Shown here in pieces: positions 8,973-18,796 of a stretch of DNA of 55,955 nt. The notes below the pieces were generated by a model. That model saw nothing but the letters and a program-made list of their open reading frames with translations. It made no database searches and had not been told where the DNA came from. A program made the translations under genes and the position numbers. Location: NCBI GenBank assembly GCA_040380025.1, contig JBEIJY010000014.1, positions 1 to 55,955 on the forward strand, read 5' to 3'. Source of the DNA: Bdellovibrionales bacterium (lineage in GTDB: Bacteria > Bdellovibrionota > UBA1018 > CAIMNF01). Within the stretch, counting starts at the first letter, position 1, and every line of letters begins with the position of its first letter.

Positions 8973-10760
8973 ATGCAAAAGTTCCTCATCCTCACGCTCC
9001 TTGTGCTCTCTTCATGCTCGTCGTCTCCTCCGGTAACGGCGAAACAAACCGAGAAAACTGAAGCCTTTCGCGGCATCATGGACCGGTATTTCGAGACTTT
9101 TTTGCAGTTGAATCCGCTCTACGCTTCCTCGATCGGCGACAAACGCTATGATGCCGAACTCGCCACGGGCGTGTCAGACGAATACCGCGCCCGGAGCAGG
9201 GCCGCGATGGAGAGCGCCTTGGTAGAGATTCGCGCGCTCGGATGCGGGGACCTCCCCGATGCGGACCGCTTCAGCTGCCTCACCTTCGAAACGGACCTCG
9301 ATGCGGGAATCGCGCTTTTGAATGCGGATCTCGATTACCTGATGTCCTTCAATCAGTTTGCGAGCTTTTTCTTGGATTTCGCCGAAATCGCCTCGGGATC
9401 GAGCTATGTGACGTTTGATACGGCAAGCGATTACCGGAACTTCCTCTCGAGGATGAAAAAAGTGCCTGGCGTGCTTCGTGCGGCCGAAGAAAAAATGCGC
9501 GAGGGAATGAAGAAATCGATCACTGTACCCCGCGCCCTTGCGGTGAAGGGAGTCCGGCAGTTGAAGAAAATCCTTTCTGCCAAGATCGAAGAGAGCGTTT
9601 TTTACAAACCGCTTTTGAAGTTCCCGGCAAGTATGTCGAAGGCCGAACAGGATGCGATCCGTCCTGAATACGAGACCGCCATTCGCGATGAGGTCTATCC
9701 GGCGTACCGGAATCTCTTGAAGTTCGTCGAAACCACATACTTGCCCCGTTGCCGGAAAACCTCTGGCGTTTCGGCCCTTCGTGGCGGACGCGACTATTAT
9801 CGTGCCCTCGCCCGCTACCACACGACCACTGCTCTGGATCCCGACGCGATTCATGAGATCGGCCTGAAAGAAGTGGCACGCATTCGCGCGGAACTGGAAG
9901 CCGTAAAAAAAGAGCTCGGATTCCGCGGCTCGCTTCCTCAGTTTTTTACCGCGCTCCGGAGCAATCCGGCGCTGTATCCGTTCCGGTCGGCCGACGAAGT
10001 GATGAATGCCTACCGCGACATCCACAAAAAAATGCTTCCCGGCATTGAAGGGTTATTTCGTCTGACACCGAAAGCGGGATTCGAGATCCGCGAGGTCGAG
10101 AAATTCAAGGCCGACACGGCGGGCGAGGCGTATCAAAACCCGAGCGAGGACGGGTCGCGTCCCGGGATCTTCTGGGTGCCGGTGCCGGACCCGAAAAAAT
10201 ACTCGAAAAAGTCGATGGAAACGCTGTTTTTGCACGAGGCGATTCCGGGGCATCATTTTCAGATCGCACTCCAGCAGGAACTCGATCTGCCCAGATACCG
10301 GCGCTTCAACGGCAACAACGCCTATGTCGAGGGGTGGGGCCTTTATGCCGAGAGCCTCGGGCGCGAGCTCGGGCTGTATCAGGACCCCTACTCGCGCATC
10401 GGAAACCTCGAATACGCGATGCACCGGGCGCTCCGCTTGGTGGTCGACACGGGGATTCACTGGAAGGGCTGGAGCCGCGAGCGGGCCATTGCCTACTGCC
10501 TGCAGAATGAGCCCATGGGAAAGGACGACATCGTGGCCGAGATCGAGCGCTACATGGCGATCCCGGGTCAGGCCCTCTCGTACAAGCTCGGGGAACTCAA
10601 AATCCAAGAGCTTCGCGCTCTTGCCCGCTCAAGGTTGAAGAACCACTACCGCGATCCGGCGTTCCATGACGAGATCCTGCGCGATGGCCCCCTGCCCCTG
10701 TCGGTGCTGGAGACCAAGATCCGTGCGTGGATCGGCCGCGAAATCAGCAAGCGCGAATAA
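8973..10760 (+). CDS. DUF885-family lipoprotein (predicted metallopeptidase)
   Basis: Lipobox LSSC; HEAIPGHHFQ; AYVEGWGLYAE; PGQALSYKLG. Confidence 0.88.
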   Translation: MQKFLILTLLVLSSCSSSPPVTAKQTEKTEAFRGIMDRYFETFLQLNPLYASSIGDKRYDAELATGVSDEYRARSRAAMESALVEIRALGCGDLPDADRFSCLTFETDLDAGIALLNADLDYLMSFNQFASFFLDFAEIASGSSYVTFDTASDYRNFLSRMKKVPGVLRAAEEKMREGMKKSITVPRALAVKGVRQLKKILSAKIEESVFYKPLLKFPASMSKAEQDAIRPEYETAIRDEVYPAYRNLLKFVETTYLPRCRKTSGVSALRGGRDYYRALARYHTTTALDPDAIHEIGLKEVARIRAELEAVKKELGFRGSLPQFFTALRSNPALYPFRSADEVMNAYRDIHKKMLPGIEGLFRLTPKAGFEIREVEKFKADTAGEAYQNPSEDGSRPGIFWVPVPDPKKYSKKSMETLFLHEAIPGHHFQIALQQELDLPRYRRFNGNNAYVEGWGLYAESLGRELGLYQDPYSRIGNLEYAMHRALRLVVDTGIHWKGWSRERAIAYCLQNEPMGKDDIVAEIERYMAIPGQALSYKLGELKIQELRALARSRLKNHYRDPAFHDEILRDGPLPLSVLETKIRAWIGREISKRE

Positions 10761-10930
10761 AAAGTGAACCAACCTACAGATGAGGGGTGTCTCGATTTGG
10801 AACCTGAAAGACACCCCTCAGCTGTAGTTTCCACAACCCCCGGATGCAGGGCTTTTGACCCCAAATCCGGGTCAGGCAGAAGGGCACCAATTCAAGGTTC
10901 GTTTGACCTTCTTTCGGCCTGACCAGCATC
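10757..10930 (-). ncRNA. Candidate sigma54-dependent structured small RNA (alternatively a leaderless 51-aa ORF, 10929..10774)
   Basis: Immediately downstream of a consensus -24/-12 promoter. Three successive hairpins: 10870-10883/10907-10924, 10840-10845/10865-10870 and 10774-10792/10809-10827. Confidence 0.5.
10774..10827. terminator. Long hairpin between convergent DUF885 and ftsH; probable bidirectional terminator
   Basis: CTACAGaTGAGGGGTGTCT-N16-AGACACCCCTCAgCTGTAG, 18 of 19 bp paired. Confidence 0.6.
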
Positions 10931-10939
10931 AAAATTGAA

Positions 10940-10955
10940 AGCAAGGGCGGTGCCA
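10940..10955 (-). promoter_or_regulatory. sigma54 (-24/-12) promoter
   Basis: Minus strand TGGCAC-CGCCC-TTGCT, an exact match to TGGCAC-N5-TTGCW. Confidence 0.75.
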
Positions 10956-10958
10956 CGC

Positions 10959-12839
10959 TCAAGATGAAAAAGAGGCAGGCCCCGATGCAGTCATGGCACC
11001 GGAAGTCCCGGCCAGGGACAGTTTCGTCCCGCCCCGGTGCCTCTGCCAGAGATCCCGGAGCTCGGCTTCGTCGAGCACTTCTTTTTCAAGAAGCAGACGC
11101 ACGCACTCATCCAAGAATTCACTGTGGGTCCGGATGATCTTGCATGCGGTCGTGTAGGAATGCTCCAGAATGCGCGCGATCTCATGATCGATCAGGCGTG
11201 CGGTTTCGTCGCTGTAATCGTAGTTCCGCACCTTGAGCTCGGGCGATAAAAACGGACTCGTGGGTTTACCGTAACTCATGAGGCCGAGATCGGCCCCCAT
11301 GCCGTATCGCGTGACCATGGCGTGTGCGATCTCGGTTGCGCGATCAAGGTCGTCTGCGGCTCCGGTCGAGACCTCCTTGAAGAAAATCGACTCGGACGCA
11401 CGGCCTCCGAGAAGAACCGAGAGCTTGTTCTCGAGCTCCCTCCGGTCGATGAGATACCGGTCCTCGGTCGGGCGTCGGAGCGTGTATCCGAGTGCTCCTG
11501 CCCCCCGTGGAATGATGCTCACCTTGTGAACCGTCTCTCCCTCTTCGACCGCAAGCGAGACCACGGCGTGTCCCATTTCGTGATAGGCGACTCTTCGTTT
11601 TTCTTCGGGCCTCAAAATCCGGCTCTTTCGTTCCAAGCCGCCCACAATTCGCTCAATTCCCGCCGTGAAATCCCGCATCTCCACCCGCTCCGCGCCCCTG
11701 CGGGTCGCGATCAGGGTGGCCTCGTTCACGAGGTTCTCGAGGTCCGCACCCGAAAAACCCGCTGTGAGGCCCGAAAGCGCGTCGATATCGACCGCGGGAT
11801 CGTGTTTTGCTTTTTTGAGATGAATGCGAAGGATCGCCGAGCGTCCGCCCCGATCGGGCATGTCGATCACCACCTGCCGGTCAAAGCGCCCTGAACGAAG
11901 GAGCGCCGGATCGAGAATCTCGGGCCGATTCGTCGCCGCAAGAAGCACGACCCCTTTGGAGGGATCGAACCCGTCGAGTTCGGCAAGAAGCTGGTTCAAA
12001 GTCTGCTCTTTTTCGTCGTTCGCGCCCCCGCTCACGAGACTGAACCCCCGGGCTTTGCCGAGCGCATCCATCTCGTCGATGAAGATGATGCAGGGAGCAT
12101 GACTCCTCGCCTGCTCGAACAAATCGCGGACCCGGGCGGCTCCGAGGCCCACGAACATCTCGACGAATTCGGAGCCGTTGATCAAAAAAAACGGCACATT
12201 CGCCTCGCCCGCCACGGCGCGGGCAAGCAGGGTCTTCCCCGTTCCCGGCGGTCCGACCAGCAAAATTCCCTTCGGCATCCGCCCGCCGAGTCGCTGAAAA
12301 TGTTCCGGGGATTTCAAAAACTGTACTACTTCTTGGAGTTCCTGCTTTGCCTCATCGACCCCTGCGACATCGGCAAACCGGACTTTCAGATCGCGCTCGA
12401 CGAAAACCCGGGCACGGGAACGCCCGAGTGTTCCGAGCTGAGCCTGTCCGCGACCCATACGGCCCAGAAGGAACCACCAGAACAACCCGAGGGTGAGCAC
12501 CGGCACGACCCATGATAGAAAGTCGCGGAAAAACGAGCTTTCATGAATCGACTCGAAACGGACGCGGGAGTCGATCAGACGCGGAACGAGCCCTGGATCG
12601 TCCATCTTTGCGGTCGCAAAGCGCGCGGATTCCGTAAGGGGAGGTCTGAGGAACTCACCCTCGATCCGCTCCCCCGCCACCCGCACCGAGAGCACCTCGT
12701 GACGATCCAAAAGCTCGACAAACCGGCTGTAGGGAATCTGCTCGATTCGTGCAACAGGCCGCATCCCCTCCCGCACGAGCATGAGAAGCCAGATCGCGAG
12801 GATCACGAGAAAGATCGTCCCTCCCCGCAGCTTCTTCAT
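10959..12839 (-). CDS. ftsH: ATP-dependent zinc metalloprotease FtsH
   Basis: Two N-terminal TMs; [46 protein letters not shown] overlap with the usp stop. Confidence 0.95.
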   Translation of the reverse strand: MKKLRGGTIFLVILAIWLLMLVREGMRPVARIEQIPYSRFVELLDRHEVLSVRVAGERIEGEFLRPPLTESARFATAKMDDPGLVPRLIDSRVRFESIHESSFFRDFLSWVVPVLTLGLFWWFLLGRMGRGQAQLGTLGRSRARVFVERDLKVRFADVAGVDEAKQELQEVVQFLKSPEHFQRLGGRMPKGILLVGPPGTGKTLLARAVAGEANVPFFLINGSEFVEMFVGLGAARVRDLFEQARSHAPCIIFIDEMDALGKARGFSLVSGGANDEKEQTLNQLLAELDGFDPSKGVVLLAATNRPEILDPALLRSGRFDRQVVIDMPDRGGRSAILRIHLKKAKHDPAVDIDALSGLTAGFSGADLENLVNEATLIATRRGAERVEMRDFTAGIERIVGGLERKSRILRPEEKRRVAYHEMGHAVVSLAVEEGETVHKVSIIPRGAGALGYTLRRPTEDRYLIDRRELENKLSVLLGGRASESIFFKEVSTGAADDLDRATEIAHAMVTRYGMGADLGLMSYGKPTSPFLSPELKVRNYDYSDETARLIDHEIARILEHSYTTACKIIRTHSEFLDECVRLLLEKEVLDEAELRDLWQRHRGGTKLSLAGTSGAMTASGPASFSS

Positions 12840-13813
12840 CGAAGCTCCCGGGGAGGCGCGGGTACGTGGCGCGGAGGTGCGGAGATCATCGGATTCTCGA
12901 ACACCCGTGGACCGCAGACCCAGACGCTGTTTCCGTGGGAGCGGAACACCCGGGTCGAGATGCTCCCCATGACCACCTTCTGAAGCTCGCTTCGTACCGA
13001 AGAAAGTCCGATCAGGGACACGTGCTCGACACGCGCGGTTTTTAGAATGGCGGCGGCGACATCCCCGAGTCCGTCCTCGATCACGGCGCGCGCGCGCATT
13101 CCCCGCTCGCGGGCATGGGCGACCCACTGCTCGCCCTCGTTCACCAGCGACTCCTTCATCACCTTCCAGTACGTCTCGGGAAGATAGGCTCCGACCCCGG
13201 TGAGGCTCATGCCGGTGATCAGGTTCGGGTATTCGGCGACATGAAGGATCACCACCTCGGCATCCATCGGCCGGATTTGCTTCAAGAACAAATCGAACGC
13301 GGTTTTCGAGGCCTCCGAGAAATCCGTGGCGAAAAGGACTTTCCCGAGGGCATCGTGGGGACCGGGTAAGAGACCGAAAAACAGGACCGGAACGGAAGCG
13401 TGAAGAAGGACCTTTTCGGCGAAACTCCCGAGCACCATCCGGCTGAGCCAGCGTCGTCCATGGGAGGACACGAGAATGAGATCCGCGCCCGAATCCCTTG
13501 CGTAATCCGTAAGCAGAATCGCCGGATCCGCACCCGAATCATCCTCATCCCAGAGCATCTTCACACCGACCGGCACCGGCAGATCGAGGTTCCGGACGGC
13601 GAGCTTCATCCGGTCGTAAGCCTTGGTGTATATCTGGTTGAATTTCGGAAGCCGGGGGGACTCCTTCAACACATGCACGGCCTCGACCCCGGAGGCCATT
13701 CGTTTTGCCCAGTGATGAAGCTCCCGCAGGGCTTTCCGCGAAGGGCGAAGTCTTTGCTCGAACGGATCCACCGACAGAATCAGCCTTGATTTGCGAACGG
13801 TCTCAGTACCCAT
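12836..13813 (-). CDS. Universal stress protein (tandem USP domains)
   Basis: ADLILVSSHGR...LGSFAEKVL; second domain KVLFATDFSEAS...MGSISTRV. Confidence 0.88.
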   Translation of the reverse strand: MGTETVRKSRLILSVDPFEQRLRPSRKALRELHHWAKRMASGVEAVHVLKESPRLPKFNQIYTKAYDRMKLAVRNLDLPVPVGVKMLWDEDDSGADPAILLTDYARDSGADLILVSSHGRRWLSRMVLGSFAEKVLLHASVPVLFFGLLPGPHDALGKVLFATDFSEASKTAFDLFLKQIRPMDAEVVILHVAEYPNLITGMSLTGVGAYLPETYWKVMKESLVNEGEQWVAHARERGMRARAVIEDGLGDVAAAILKTARVEHVSLIGLSSVRSELQKVVMGSISTRVFRSHGNSVWVCGPRVFENPMISAPPRHVPAPPRELR

Positions 13814-16238
13814 GTTCCTCCCGCCTTTTTCTTTCCGCCCGTTCCACGATCGGGAGGATCTTCAACACCGAATCAGGGTTGAGAGAAATGCTGTGGATTC
13901 CCTCCCCGATCAAAAACTCCGTGAATTCCGGATCATCACTCGGCGCCTCGCCGCAAATCCCGACCGGCTTGCCGAGGGCGCGAGCGGTCCGGATCACGGA
14001 TCGGATCATTTCCTTGACCGAGGCATCCCGCTCCTGGAAGAGCGGGGCCAGGCGTTCGGAATCCCGATCCACCCCGAGCACAAGTTGGGTCAGATCATTC
14101 GATCCGATCGAGAAGCCGTCAAACAGCTCCAGGAACTCACGGGCAAGAATGACGTTCGAAGGGATTTCGCACATCATCCAGATCTCGAGGCCGCCTTCAC
14201 CACGCCGAAGCCCTGATTTTCCGAGCTCAGCGAGAGAGTTTTTCGCGTCTTCGATGGTGCGGCAAAAAGGAATCATCACCTTCACGTTCACGAGGCCCAT
14301 TTCAAACCGAACCTTGCGAACGGCCCCACACTCCAGGCGGAAGCCGTCGCGGTACGCGTCGTTCCAATAGCGAAACGAGCCGCGGAACCCGAGCATGGGA
14401 TTTTCTTCCTCCTGCTCGAATGCGGAGCCCCCCGCAAGAGCGGCGTATTCGTTCGATTTGAAATCACTCATGCGAAGAATCACGGGCTTCGGATAGAATG
14501 CGGCGGCGATCACTCCGATTTGTTCGGATAGCTTTTGAACGAAGTAGACTTCGGGTGTTTCACCGGGCGGGATCTTCTTTTGGATTCTTTCTTTCTCGGC
14601 GGGATCCGTGACCAGATCCGGATGGGCGATCGCCATCGGATGGATTCCGATGCCGGAACTGATCATGAACTCCATTCGGGCAAGGCCGACTCCCGAATTC
14701 GGAAGAAACGAGTTCCGGATGGCATCGTCGGGCCTTCCGAGGTTGAGCATGATCTGAGTTCGCAGTTCTCCCGAAGAAAAGGCCGGAATTTCCTCGGTCC
14801 GGAACCGGGTCGTTCCACGATACACAAACCCGACATCGCCTTCGGCGCTCGATACGGTGATCGCCTCGCCGTTTCGGATCGAAGTGGTGCCGTTTCCCGT
14901 TCCCACAATCGCAGGAATGCCCAATTCCCGAGCCAGAATAGCGGCGTGACAGGTCCGTCCCCCGCGATTGGTCACCACTGCCGAAGCCCGCCGGAGAACA
15001 GGTTCCCAATCGGGGTCGGTCTTCGAGGTCACGAGAATCTCGGAATCCTTGAGCTGGTGAAGATCCTTCACCGAGTAGATCACGCGTGCGGTTCCGGTCC
15101 GGATCTCATTGCCGACACTTTTTCCGCGGGCGAGCACCGGCCCCGCCTCCTCGATGAAATACTGGAGAGTGCGGGTCCCGGCACCGGGAATCTTCCGGCT
15201 CTGGACCGTCTCCGGTCTCGCCTGAACGATGAACAGCTCCCCGCTCGGTCCGTCCTTCGCCCATTCAATGTCCATCGGGGTGGGGTTTTCTCGTTGCATC
15301 GAAAAATGATGCTCGATCATGGTCCCGGCCCGCGCGAGCTCGATCACCTCGGCATCGGTCAGAGAAAGCCTGATTTTTCTTTCGAGCGGGACCTCGACCT
15401 CGATCGTTTTTGACTTCTGCGATTGGTCATACACGAGGGAGCGTTCCTTCGAGCCGACCTCGCGTTTCAGGATCGGAGAAAATCCGTCTTCGAGAAGCGG
15501 CTTATAGACCCAGAACTCATCCGGATTCACTGATCCCTTTACGATCGATTCGCCGAGGCCATAAGAAGAGTTGATCACGACGAGGTCGCGAAATCCGGTT
15601 TCGGGTTCGAGCGTGAACAGTACTCCCGAGGAAGCAAGATCGGAGCGGATCATCTCCTGCACACCCACCGAGAGAAACACCTTGGTATGACTGATGTTCC
15701 GTTCGGAGCGATACATGATGGCGCGATCCGAGTAGAGGGAAGCGAAACAACTTCGAATGCTGTGAAGCAAATCCCGCTCCCCTTCCACATTCAAAAATGT
15801 GTCTTGTTGTCCGGCAAAACTCGCCTCGGGAAGATCCTCGGCCGTGGCACTGCTCCGGACCGCAACATCGAGCCGTCCCCGGCGGACATCGACAAGTTCA
15901 TGATACGCTCCAAGGACCGCATCTCGCGTATCGTCCCCGAATCGTCCCGACAGGACCGCCGCACGGATTCGCTCCCCGATCGAGGATATCCTGACCGGAT
16001 CCTCGATTCGGGCCTGATCCGAGAGCAGATCTTGGACAAGACCAGAGATCCGATTGCTCTTCATGAATTCCTGAAATGCCCCGACCGTAAGCGCAAATCC
16101 CCGGGGAACACGCACCCCTTCTTTACGGACGGAGTGAAATAGCTCACCGAGTGAGGCATTTTTACCCCCGACAAGGTCCAGGTCTTCGAGCCGGAGAGTG
16201 TCAAACCATCGGATTTTCGAGGAAACCGGATCTTTCAC
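13803..16238 (-). CDS. ppsA: Phosphoenolpyruvate synthase (pyruvate, water dikinase)
   Basis: VGGKNASLGE, AVRSSATAED, phospho-His motif GGRTCHAAI, FSIGSNDLTQL. Probable GTG start at 16238. Confidence 0.95.
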   Translation of the reverse strand: MKDPVSSKIRWFDTLRLEDLDLVGGKNASLGELFHSVRKEGVRVPRGFALTVGAFQEFMKSNRISGLVQDLLSDQARIEDPVRISSIGERIRAAVLSGRFGDDTRDAVLGAYHELVDVRRGRLDVAVRSSATAEDLPEASFAGQQDTFLNVEGERDLLHSIRSCFASLYSDRAIMYRSERNISHTKVFLSVGVQEMIRSDLASSGVLFTLEPETGFRDLVVINSSYGLGESIVKGSVNPDEFWVYKPLLEDGFSPILKREVGSKERSLVYDQSQKSKTIEVEVPLERKIRLSLTDAEVIELARAGTMIEHHFSMQRENPTPMDIEWAKDGPSGELFIVQARPETVQSRKIPGAGTRTLQYFIEEAGPVLARGKSVGNEIRTGTARVIYSVKDLHQLKDSEILVTSKTDPDWEPVLRRASAVVTNRGGRTCHAAILARELGIPAIVGTGNGTTSIRNGEAITVSSAEGDVGFVYRGTTRFRTEEIPAFSSGELRTQIMLNLGRPDDAIRNSFLPNSGVGLARMEFMISSGIGIHPMAIAHPDLVTDPAEKERIQKKIPPGETPEVYFVQKLSEQIGVIAAAFYPKPVILRMSDFKSNEYAALAGGSAFEQEEENPMLGFRGSFRYWNDAYRDGFRLECGAVRKVRFEMGLVNVKVMIPFCRTIEDAKNSLAELGKSGLRRGEGGLEIWMMCEIPSNVILAREFLELFDGFSIGSNDLTQLVLGVDRDSERLAPLFQERDASVKEMIRSVIRTARALGKPVGICGEAPSDDPEFTEFLIGEGIHSISLNPDSVLKILPIVERAERKRREEHGY

Positions 16239-16250
16239 GATGGAAGTGGT

Positions 16251-16266
16251 AGCAAGGGGCGGGCCA
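16251..16266 (-). promoter_or_regulatory. sigma54 (-24/-12) promoter of ppsA-usp-ftsH
   Basis: Minus strand TGGCCC-GCCCC-TTGCT; the GTG start lies 14 nt after the -12 C. Confidence 0.65.
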
Positions 16267-16339
16267 AGACTCGGACAATCTCTTGCCTGCTCAGAATGGC
16301 TTGATTCGTGATGGCCCGATTCCTGAATAAAAAAAATTC

Positions 16340-17476
16340 GTGAGAGTGTTGCTTTTGATTCTGTTTGTCTATTCCTCCTCTCCATCCCGGGCAGACCCGA
16401 AGCTGACCATGAGCGGAATTTCGAGTACCCTGAACTCCCTCCTTGCCCTGTCCCTGCGCGATGAGACCTGGAGGGCTGACAAAAACCGGAGCGAGATCCG
16501 TCGAGGGTTGGAAGGCCTGCTTCAGCTTTCGCATGAGATCCCGAACGGAAAGAATGAGTCGAATGATCCGAGTCTTGTGATCCTCGCCCCGGTCCTTTCG
16601 GACCAGATCCGCCTTGCCCTTTCGGCCCATCAGCTGGGCCAATTCGAGGTTTCACGGCAAATGGTTCGCTCCCTCACGGCCAGTTGCTTCGGATGCCATT
16701 CCCGCGAACCCGAATGGAGCACGCAAGATCAGAAATCCTTGCCCGGATTCGTCTCTTCCCTTTCGGCACTCGATCAAGCCCGATACGCAGTCTCGCTTCA
16801 TCAAACCAAGACCGCTCTGAGCGGATATGAGCGATTTCTGCTGGAGCCCGGCTCGATCAAGCGTGATTTGCAGTCCTGGCATGATGCGCTTCGGGAGTCA
16901 CTGACTCTGATTCTCCGCGTGAACCGGGACCCGCAATCAGCCATAGAGCTGATCGGAAGGATCAAAAAGATTGAGGGAATTCCGTTCTTCTTAAAAAGGG
17001 AGCTTGCTGCCTGGGAGAGGGACCTTCTTTCTTGGAGGAGAGACCGATCCATCCCGAAGGGAGAGGCTCTCTTGCGTCTCGAGATTCAAAAACGATATGC
17101 GGAGGCCTCGGCGCGGCGGACCCATCCGCTTGATCACTCCGCCGATATGGCATTCCTTCGGCTTACTTCACTTTTGTATGAAATGATGCGGCGATATCCG
17201 AAAAGCCGCTTTCTTGCAGAGGCTGAATACCTCCAAGGTGTTTCTTACGAGACCCTCTCGACTCCTCCCTTCGAAAACCTCCATGAATTATTTTACGAGT
17301 CATGCATCCGTCGTGAACCCCACAGCAGAACGGCCGAAAAGTGTTACGAGCGGCTCGAGCGGAGCGTCTACTTCGGGTTCACGGGGAGCTCCGGAACGCA
17401 CATTCCCATCGAGCTTGAGAACAAGCTTCTCGAGCTTTGGGGGCGGGCATTTGTGCCCGGGAAACTTGACCATTGA
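16340..17476 (+). CDS. Exported monoheme c-type cytochrome with a helical/TPR-like C-terminal region
   Basis: Signal peptide; single CxxCH (SCFGCHS) at the end of a helical N-terminal domain; YPKSRFLAEAEY resembles a TPR. Confidence 0.6.
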   Translation: MRVLLLILFVYSSSPSRADPKLTMSGISSTLNSLLALSLRDETWRADKNRSEIRRGLEGLLQLSHEIPNGKNESNDPSLVILAPVLSDQIRLALSAHQLGQFEVSRQMVRSLTASCFGCHSREPEWSTQDQKSLPGFVSSLSALDQARYAVSLHQTKTALSGYERFLLEPGSIKRDLQSWHDALRESLTLILRVNRDPQSAIELIGRIKKIEGIPFFLKRELAAWERDLLSWRRDRSIPKGEALLRLEIQKRYAEASARRTHPLDHSADMAFLRLTSLLYEMMRRYPKSRFLAEAEYLQGVSYETLSTPPFENLHELFYESCIRREPHSRTAEKCYERLERSVYFGFTGSSGTHIPIELENKLLELWGRAFVPGKLDH

Positions 17477-17492
17477 TGAGATCGCCGATCAC

Positions 17493-18635
17493 TCAGGGTG
17501 CTTTCGGGAACTTGAGATGGAACTTCGCGCCTTTTCCGAACTGGCTCTCTACCGAAATGGTGCCGCCCCAGGACTGCACGATTCGTTGACTGAGAGCAAG
17601 TCCGAGCCCGAGACCGCCTCCGATCGGGCGGGCGGAGAAAAACGGGCGAAACAAACGGATCTGATCTTCTGCGCGGATTCCACATCCGGAATCAGAAACA
17701 GTCATCACCCGGCTTTCGTCGGCATCAGCAAGAGACACCCGCACCGAATGGGGACCGGCATTTCCCCCTCTCCGCGCTTCTTCGATCGCCTCGATCGAAT
17801 TCTGAAACAAACTGTGCAAAACCTGATGCAAAGGTTCGCTTCCGGCCCGCGCCTCGAGAATCACACCGTCCGGGATGGAATTCGAGATCGCAATCTCGTG
17901 AAAGCGAAACGAAGTCGCCATGACCTCGATGATCTCGTTCACCACCAATTTCAGGTCAACCCGTCCCGAGCGCTTGGAGTCATCCCCCCGCGCGAGGTTC
18001 AAAAGTGAACGCATGAGATTCGAGATCCGGTCGACCTGCGAGATGATGATTTCGAGATCCCTCTTCAACCCGGGTTGGTCGCGGTTCTTCATGAGCATCA
18101 CCTCCGACCGACCCCGGATCACACCGAGCGGTGTGCCAATTTCGTGCGCCATGCCCGAGGCGAGAACCCCGACCGATGCCAACCGCTCCTGAATGAGCAT
18201 GCGTGCATCCCGCTCCTTCAGATCGGCCTGCAGGCGCATGCGTCCCATTGCATACCGGACCGCGCGCTCAAGAAGTGCCGGGGTCACCTCGTCCCGCACC
18301 AAAAAATCCCCCGCTCCGAGGGCAACTCCATCGGAATCCAATCCGTCTTTTCCCGGATCTCCGATCACGACAACCGGCGGTGCGGAGGTAAGATCCCTCA
18401 GGCGAACCAGAAAATCCCGCGCCTGTTCGACTCCCACAGAATCACTGAGCAGAATCACTCCCGGAAACCCCGTGGAGGCGAGTTCGAGGATGTGGCCGGC
18501 CGAGGAGCTCCACTCGAGCACAAACTCCTGACCCGGCAAGGATTCGATCATGTCAGAAAAACCTTGATACTCATCAAGGTCGACACTGTGGAGCAAGAGG
18601 CGCTTCGATTCATGATGACGCAGAAAGGGACTCAT
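17493..18635 (-). CDS. Cytoplasmic histidine kinase with N-terminal degenerate receiver domain
   Basis: H-box SGMAHEIGTPL, N-box LFQNSIEA, G1 DSGCGI, G2 GLGLGL; receiver-like GAGDFL; no TM segment. Confidence 0.85.
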   Translation of the reverse strand: MSPFLRHHESKRLLLHSVDLDEYQGFSDMIESLPGQEFVLEWSSSAGHILELASTGFPGVILLSDSVGVEQARDFLVRLRDLTSAPPVVVIGDPGKDGLDSDGVALGAGDFLVRDEVTPALLERAVRYAMGRMRLQADLKERDARMLIQERLASVGVLASGMAHEIGTPLGVIRGRSEVMLMKNRDQPGLKRDLEIIISQVDRISNLMRSLLNLARGDDSKRSGRVDLKLVVNEIIEVMATSFRFHEIAISNSIPDGVILEARAGSEPLHQVLHSLFQNSIEAIEEARRGGNAGPHSVRVSLADADESRVMTVSDSGCGIRAEDQIRLFRPFFSARPIGGGLGLGLALSQRIVQSWGGTISVESQFGKGAKFHLKFPKAP

Positions 18636-18796
18636 CCGGCATCGGGTGTATCACACCGGAATCGATTCAAAAAAGCCTTGTTTTCCATCAATTCTTCAAA
18701 CATTCTTTACTGAAAATCCCTGCATTTTCGCTATCCCATTCGAGAATCCTTGGTGTATGAAAATTCACGAAACATGTGAATGGGGTGAAACACATC

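Noticed and set aside
12840..16655. Long N-terminal extensions of FtsH (to 13127) and PpsA (to 16655)
   Set aside because: They overlap neighbouring genes and lack family-like sequence; better starts are at 12839 and 16238.
18764..18780. TTCAC-N7-GTGAA palindrome upstream of the sigma54 regulator
   Set aside because: Only 5-bp arms and no second copy found near the sigma54 promoters.
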